A DNA stretch of 64,000 bases, from contig NZ_CP083582.1 of NCBI RefSeq assembly GCF_020091585.1, positions 4,348,536 to 4,412,535 on the forward strand, given 5' to 3'. The DNA comes from Kovacikia minuta CCNUW1 (GTDB lineage: Bacteria > Cyanobacteriota > Cyanobacteriia > Leptolyngbyales > Leptolyngbyaceae). The position numbers were made by a program, and so were the translations under genes. Positions 60,336-64,000 of the stretch are shown one piece after another. The notes beneath the pieces were generated by a model. That model was not told the origin of the DNA, did no database searches, and saw only the letters and a program-made list of their open reading frames with translations. Numbering within the stretch: position 1 is the stretch's first letter; every line of letters starts with the position of its first letter.

Positions 60336-61229
60336 CTAAACTCCGGTGGCGCTTCTGTCGCCGTATTTGATCAGGAGGGCGATCGCGATGCTAACTGCCA
60401 GAATCATTAACATGCTGAGGGCGGAACCAAAGCCCCAATTCTGAGTTGCACCAAGAAACTGGTTATAAATAAGCCGGGCAGCTGTCATGCTGGAGGCACC
60501 CCCCAACAGTTCGGGATCAACAAAGTCTCCCAACCCAGTGATAAATACTAACAGGGAACCAGCGGCAATTCCTGGTAGGGTTTGGGGAACGGTCACCTTC
60601 CAGAAAACCTGCTGGGGATTGGCTCCTAAATCAGCCGCTGCTTCCAGCAATCGTTGGTCTAGCTTCTCTAACGAAGCATAAAGAATTAACACCATGTAGG
60701 GCAGCAGGCTGTAGCTCATGCCAATAAAAACCGCAGGGGGACGGTTCAGGATGTCCAGGGGAGGCAACCCAAAGCTTGCTAATAAGCTGTTAAGAACTCC
60801 TGTAGGGCGCAGGATGGTGATCCAGGCGTAGGAGCGTAACAGGGAAGATGTCCACAGGGGAAGCACAAATCCTACCAGAACTAAATTTCGCCAGCGTTTA
60901 GGAACAATTAGGGCAATCCAGTAGGCAACTGGAAAACCTAAAATCAGACAAATTATTGTGGTGCCGATCGCAAAGATGAGCGATCGAATCATCACCTGGA
61001 GATAAATCGGCTGAAAAATCAGAGCATAGTTCTCCAGACTAGAAGGATTAACCACTTCTCCTGGGCGAATGCCTGGAACCAGGCTCAACTCAAAAATCAG
61101 CAGCGTGGGAATCACCAGCAACAGCCCCAACCAAACCCCTGCGGGTCCTAGTAAGGCGAGGGGTTCAAGCCAGCGGGGGAGTTCAATTGGAGGATTTTGA
61201 GATTTAGGAGTAGTAGAAGCCTGGGCCAT
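60336..61229 (-). CDS. potB: Spermidine/putrescine ABC transporter permease (PotB-like)
   Basis: ABC permease, 'LEAAADLGANPQQVFWKVTVP'. Confidence 0.8.
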   Translation of the reverse strand: MAQASTTPKSQNPPIELPRWLEPLALLGPAGVWLGLLLVIPTLLIFELSLVPGIRPGEVVNPSSLENYALIFQPIYLQVMIRSLIFAIGTTIICLILGFPVAYWIALIVPKRWRNLVLVGFVLPLWTSSLLRSYAWITILRPTGVLNSLLASFGLPPLDILNRPPAVFIGMSYSLLPYMVLILYASLEKLDQRLLEAAADLGANPQQVFWKVTVPQTLPGIAAGSLLVFITGLGDFVDPELLGGASSMTAARLIYNQFLGATQNWGFGSALSMLMILAVSIAIALLIKYGDRSATGV

Positions 61230-61377
61230 GGTGAATCGGGGGTTAGGTGTCAGGTGTCAGGGGCTAGGGACTGGGGTACAGTTGTTAGTCACCAGTTGTC
61301 AGTTGCCAGTCGTTGATTTAATTCAAAATTTATAACTTAAAACTCATAACTCTCTTACTCCTCACTCCTCATCCCTT

Positions 61378-62505
61378 TTAGCTGCTTGTCAGCTGGGTCC
61401 AGAACTTATCGTAAAGCTCGGTAATGGTCTGGTTGACCGGCGCGATTCCTTCTGATTTTTCCAGGAGGGATTCCGGTGGGAAAAGGGTGGGGTTATCCCG
61501 CAGAGGAGCGGGAAGCTGGTCGTAGGCAGCCTTATTTGGGGTGGCAAAAAGCAACCTCTGGGTCACCTGAGCCGCTACGGCTGGTTGCAGCATGTAGTTG
61601 ATCCAGGCATAGGCGGCATCCGGATTAGGAGCAGTTTTAGGAATCACCATCGTATCGCTCCAGAGAGAGGTGCCACTCTCTGGAATTACATACTTGAATT
61701 TGGCATCCTGCTGGGCAACCAGCATGGCATCAACGGAGTAGCCCATTGATAGCAATAAATCCCCAGCGACAAGCTGATCACGCCATGCGTCAGTTGTGAA
61801 GGTGGCGATCGCAGGTTTCAAAAGGGTCAATTTTTCGTATGCCTGGCGAATTTCCTGGGGGTCGGTGGAGTTGTAGGAATGCCCCAAAGATTTTAATACC
61901 CCTCCCATCACCTCCCTCACATCATTGAGTAAGGTAAATCGGCGAGAAAGCTGGCTCTGATTGTTCCACAGATAACTCCAATCTTGCGGTGAGGGGCTTA
62001 ACTTCTCACTGTTATAGATAAAGCCGGTGGTGCCCCAACTAACCGGGATACTGTAGAGATTGCCAGAATCATGCACAGATTTTTGAAATTTTGGCAGGAT
62101 GTTCTCCAACCCCATCAGGCGGGAATGGTCAAGTGACTGCAACAGCTTCATTTGAACCATCTTGGTCACACTATAGTCGGAAGGATAGATCACACTATAA
62201 ATCCTCCCCTTGCCCGCCTGAAACGTCGCTAACATCGTTTCATTAGAGTCAAAAATATCCGCAATTACCTTAATCCCGGTTTGGGCTGTGAATCCCTCCA
62301 ACAAAGCATCATCCACATAGTTTGACCAGGTATAGATGTGTAGCTGATCTCCGGTAACGGGTTTTTTTTGAACGGGATGCACCTCTGCCAGAGTCCAACC
62401 GCAGCCTGAAAGGGACAACCCTGACAGTGCCGCTGCTGAAGCCTGCAAAAACCTGCGTCGGGATAGGGGGGAAGAAGGGGGAAGAGGGGCAGACACGGGG
62501 GGCAA
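61378..62505 (-). CDS. potD: Polyamine ABC transporter substrate-binding lipoprotein (PotD/PotF-like) with Tat-like signal
   Basis: 'RRRFLQASAAALSGLSLSGC' is a twin-Arg motif plus lipobox. The spermidine/putrescine SBP fold pattern runs through the rest. Confidence 0.8.
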   Translation of the reverse strand: MPPVSAPLPPSSPLSRRRFLQASAAALSGLSLSGCGWTLAEVHPVQKKPVTGDQLHIYTWSNYVDDALLEGFTAQTGIKVIADIFDSNETMLATFQAGKGRIYSVIYPSDYSVTKMVQMKLLQSLDHSRLMGLENILPKFQKSVHDSGNLYSIPVSWGTTGFIYNSEKLSPSPQDWSYLWNNQSQLSRRFTLLNDVREVMGGVLKSLGHSYNSTDPQEIRQAYEKLTLLKPAIATFTTDAWRDQLVAGDLLLSMGYSVDAMLVAQQDAKFKYVIPESGTSLWSDTMVIPKTAPNPDAAYAWINYMLQPAVAAQVTQRLLFATPNKAAYDQLPAPLRDNPTLFPPESLLEKSEGIAPVNQTITELYDKFWTQLTSS

Positions 62506-62661
62506 AGGATAAGGGATAAAGGATGAAGGATAAAAAAGAGGGATGAGGGATGAGGGATGAGGAATTGTAAATTAGGAGTTTTGGAGGGGGGGTAGGGGCG
62601 TTGGGTGTTGGATGTTGGGTGTGGTACCTACCACCTACCACGTACCACCTACCACCTCTTT
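62506..62661. repeat. Intra-operon STRR cluster: (GGATAAA/GGATGAG)n and (CCTACCA)n heptamers
   Basis: 'gataagggataaaggatgaaggat...gagggatgagggatgagg' and 'tacctaccacctaccacgtaccacctaccacc'. Confidence 0.8.
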
Positions 62662-63786
62662 CTAAACAGGAATTGCCAGACAATCATTGAATGCCCAGGA
62701 GACATAGATTGGAGTGTGCGCATCAGGGAGCTGATCGGTCGCATTCGGTTGCATGACGGTCAGCCGATCGCCGGAGTCTAGCTCTACCAGGCAATGGACA
62801 TGGGTCCCCAGGTACATGATGTTCAACAAACGCCCTGCAAACCAGTTGACATAGTCTGCTGGCTGAGAGAGGCTAACCTGAATTTTTTCTGGACGTACAC
62901 AAACCACAATTAACCCGGAAAGGGTGTTGCCAGATTCAGGGGGTTTCACCTTCATCTTGAGTCCCCTTTCGGTGGTGACCCACAGCATTTCCGGGTGCGT
63001 CCCCTCCACTTTGCCGGAGAATAGGTTGGTGTCTCCAATGAAATCTGCCACAAAAGAGGTGAGGGGTTGCTCGTAGATTCGATTGGGGGTGTCGATTTGT
63101 TCAACTTTGCCCTGGTTCATCACGGCGATGCGATCGGAGAGGCTGAGAGCTTCTTCCTGGTCATGGGTCACCATGACAAAGGTTAGACCCAACTCCCGGT
63201 GCAAGTTCGACAGTTCCACCTGCATTTCCTTTCGGAGCTTCAAATCCAACGCGCCCAGCGGTTCATCCAACAGCAAGACGGCTGGACGATTCACCAACGC
63301 CCGCGCCAGAGCAACCCGCTGTTGTTGCCCACCAGAGAGTTGGGCCGGAAACCGATTGGCAAAAGCTTCCATTTTGACCAGCTTCAGCGCTTCTTTGACG
63401 CGATCTTCTATTTCTGCCCGACCTCGTTTCTTGAGGCGCAACCCAAAGGCAATATTTTCACTCACCGTTAGATGATTGAACAGGGCGTAGCTCTGAAATA
63501 CGGTATTAACTGGACGGCGGTAGGGAGGAACCTGGGTCATCAACTGTCCCCGAATCATGATTTCCCCAGCGGAGGGAGGATCAAATCCGGCAATTAGCCG
63601 CAATGTTGTCGTCTTGCCACATCCAGAGGGGCCCAAAATACTAAAAAACTCTCCTTGCAAAATACTGAGGTCAACCCCTCGGACAGCCGCTTCCCCATTA
63701 AAAACCTTGAACACCTTGCGGAGTTCAACATCAAACGCCCGTTCGGTTGATATTGAGTGCTGATTTTGAATCGTGGACTGAGACAT
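62662..63786 (-). CDS. potA: Spermidine/putrescine ABC transporter ATP-binding protein (PotA)
   Basis: Walker A 'GPSGCGKTT', signature '[15 protein letters not shown]', Walker B 'LLLDEP', plus the C-terminal TOBE/MOP-like domain. Confidence 0.9.
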   Translation of the reverse strand: MSQSTIQNQHSISTERAFDVELRKVFKVFNGEAAVRGVDLSILQGEFFSILGPSGCGKTTTLRLIAGFDPPSAGEIMIRGQLMTQVPPYRRPVNTVFQSYALFNHLTVSENIAFGLRLKKRGRAEIEDRVKEALKLVKMEAFANRFPAQLSGGQQQRVALARALVNRPAVLLLDEPLGALDLKLRKEMQVELSNLHRELGLTFVMVTHDQEEALSLSDRIAVMNQGKVEQIDTPNRIYEQPLTSFVADFIGDTNLFSGKVEGTHPEMLWVTTERGLKMKVKPPESGNTLSGLIVVCVRPEKIQVSLSQPADYVNWFAGRLLNIMYLGTHVHCLVELDSGDRLTVMQPNATDQLPDAHTPIYVSWAFNDCLAIPV

Positions 63787-64000
63787 AAGCGAGGATTCCT
63801 ATGGCGAGCCTTGATCAGAACCCAACCTTGATGCACGGTTTCTTGCAAACCAGGGTTTAGACTGAAAAGTTGCTTTTCCAAGGGGAAATTCGGCTTCTGC
63901 AAGAAATATGATCTTCTGGTAGAGTGGCAAACTGGACATGGTTTATTTTATCCACCTAGTACCCATTCAGGAATGGGAGCAATTTTATCGGATTCAGGCG

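Noticed and set aside
62309-62683. 124-aa ORF spanning the potD-potA spacer
   Set aside because: It reads through the STRR cluster and the 5' end of potD in the wrong frame. It is a repeat artefact.

Overview
This 64 kb window reads as cyanobacterial chromosome. The HIP1 octamer GCGATCGC occurs dozens of times, and almost every intergenic gap holds STRR-type heptamer repeats such as (TGTCAGG)n, (GGGATGA)n, (CCTACCA)n, (TTTTGAG)n and (CCCCACA)n. That repeat profile suggests a filamentous, Nostocales-like lineage, but this is an inference. The gene content is mostly housekeeping: a carotenoid cleavage oxygenase, a PRK-like kinase, tRNA-Ser, a GAF histidine kinase, a helical carotenoid protein, two SDRs, a GH31 alpha-glucosidase, NadE, a PilT-like ATPase, Tag glycosylase, an MscS channel, aminopeptidase P, SerS, PyrD, Fe-SOD, LD-carboxypeptidase, glycerate kinase, an RRM RNA-binding protein and a potADBC polyamine ABC operon. 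Accessory patches include an IS110 transposase remnant, a ~106 bp MITE family with three copies, two IS elements (one IS630-like) between the GT4 and LdcA genes, a PIN/DUF2281 toxin-antitoxin pair, a Uma2 nuclease, and an island at about 33-44 kb with tandemly amplified putative glycan-methylation and glycosylation genes. The most unusual observations are these. Palindromic STRR hairpin clusters are inserted in-frame into nadE (twice) and pyrD. A small gene encodes a double-glycine-leader peptide with a His/Arg/aromatic-rich core. A PilT-like ATPase with a Pro-rich N-terminal tail is followed by a protein fused to a KaiB domain. At least seven conserved genes are broken by single or dinucleotide frameshifts, which looks more like assembly error than decay. 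No CRISPR array or recognisable defence operon was seen.
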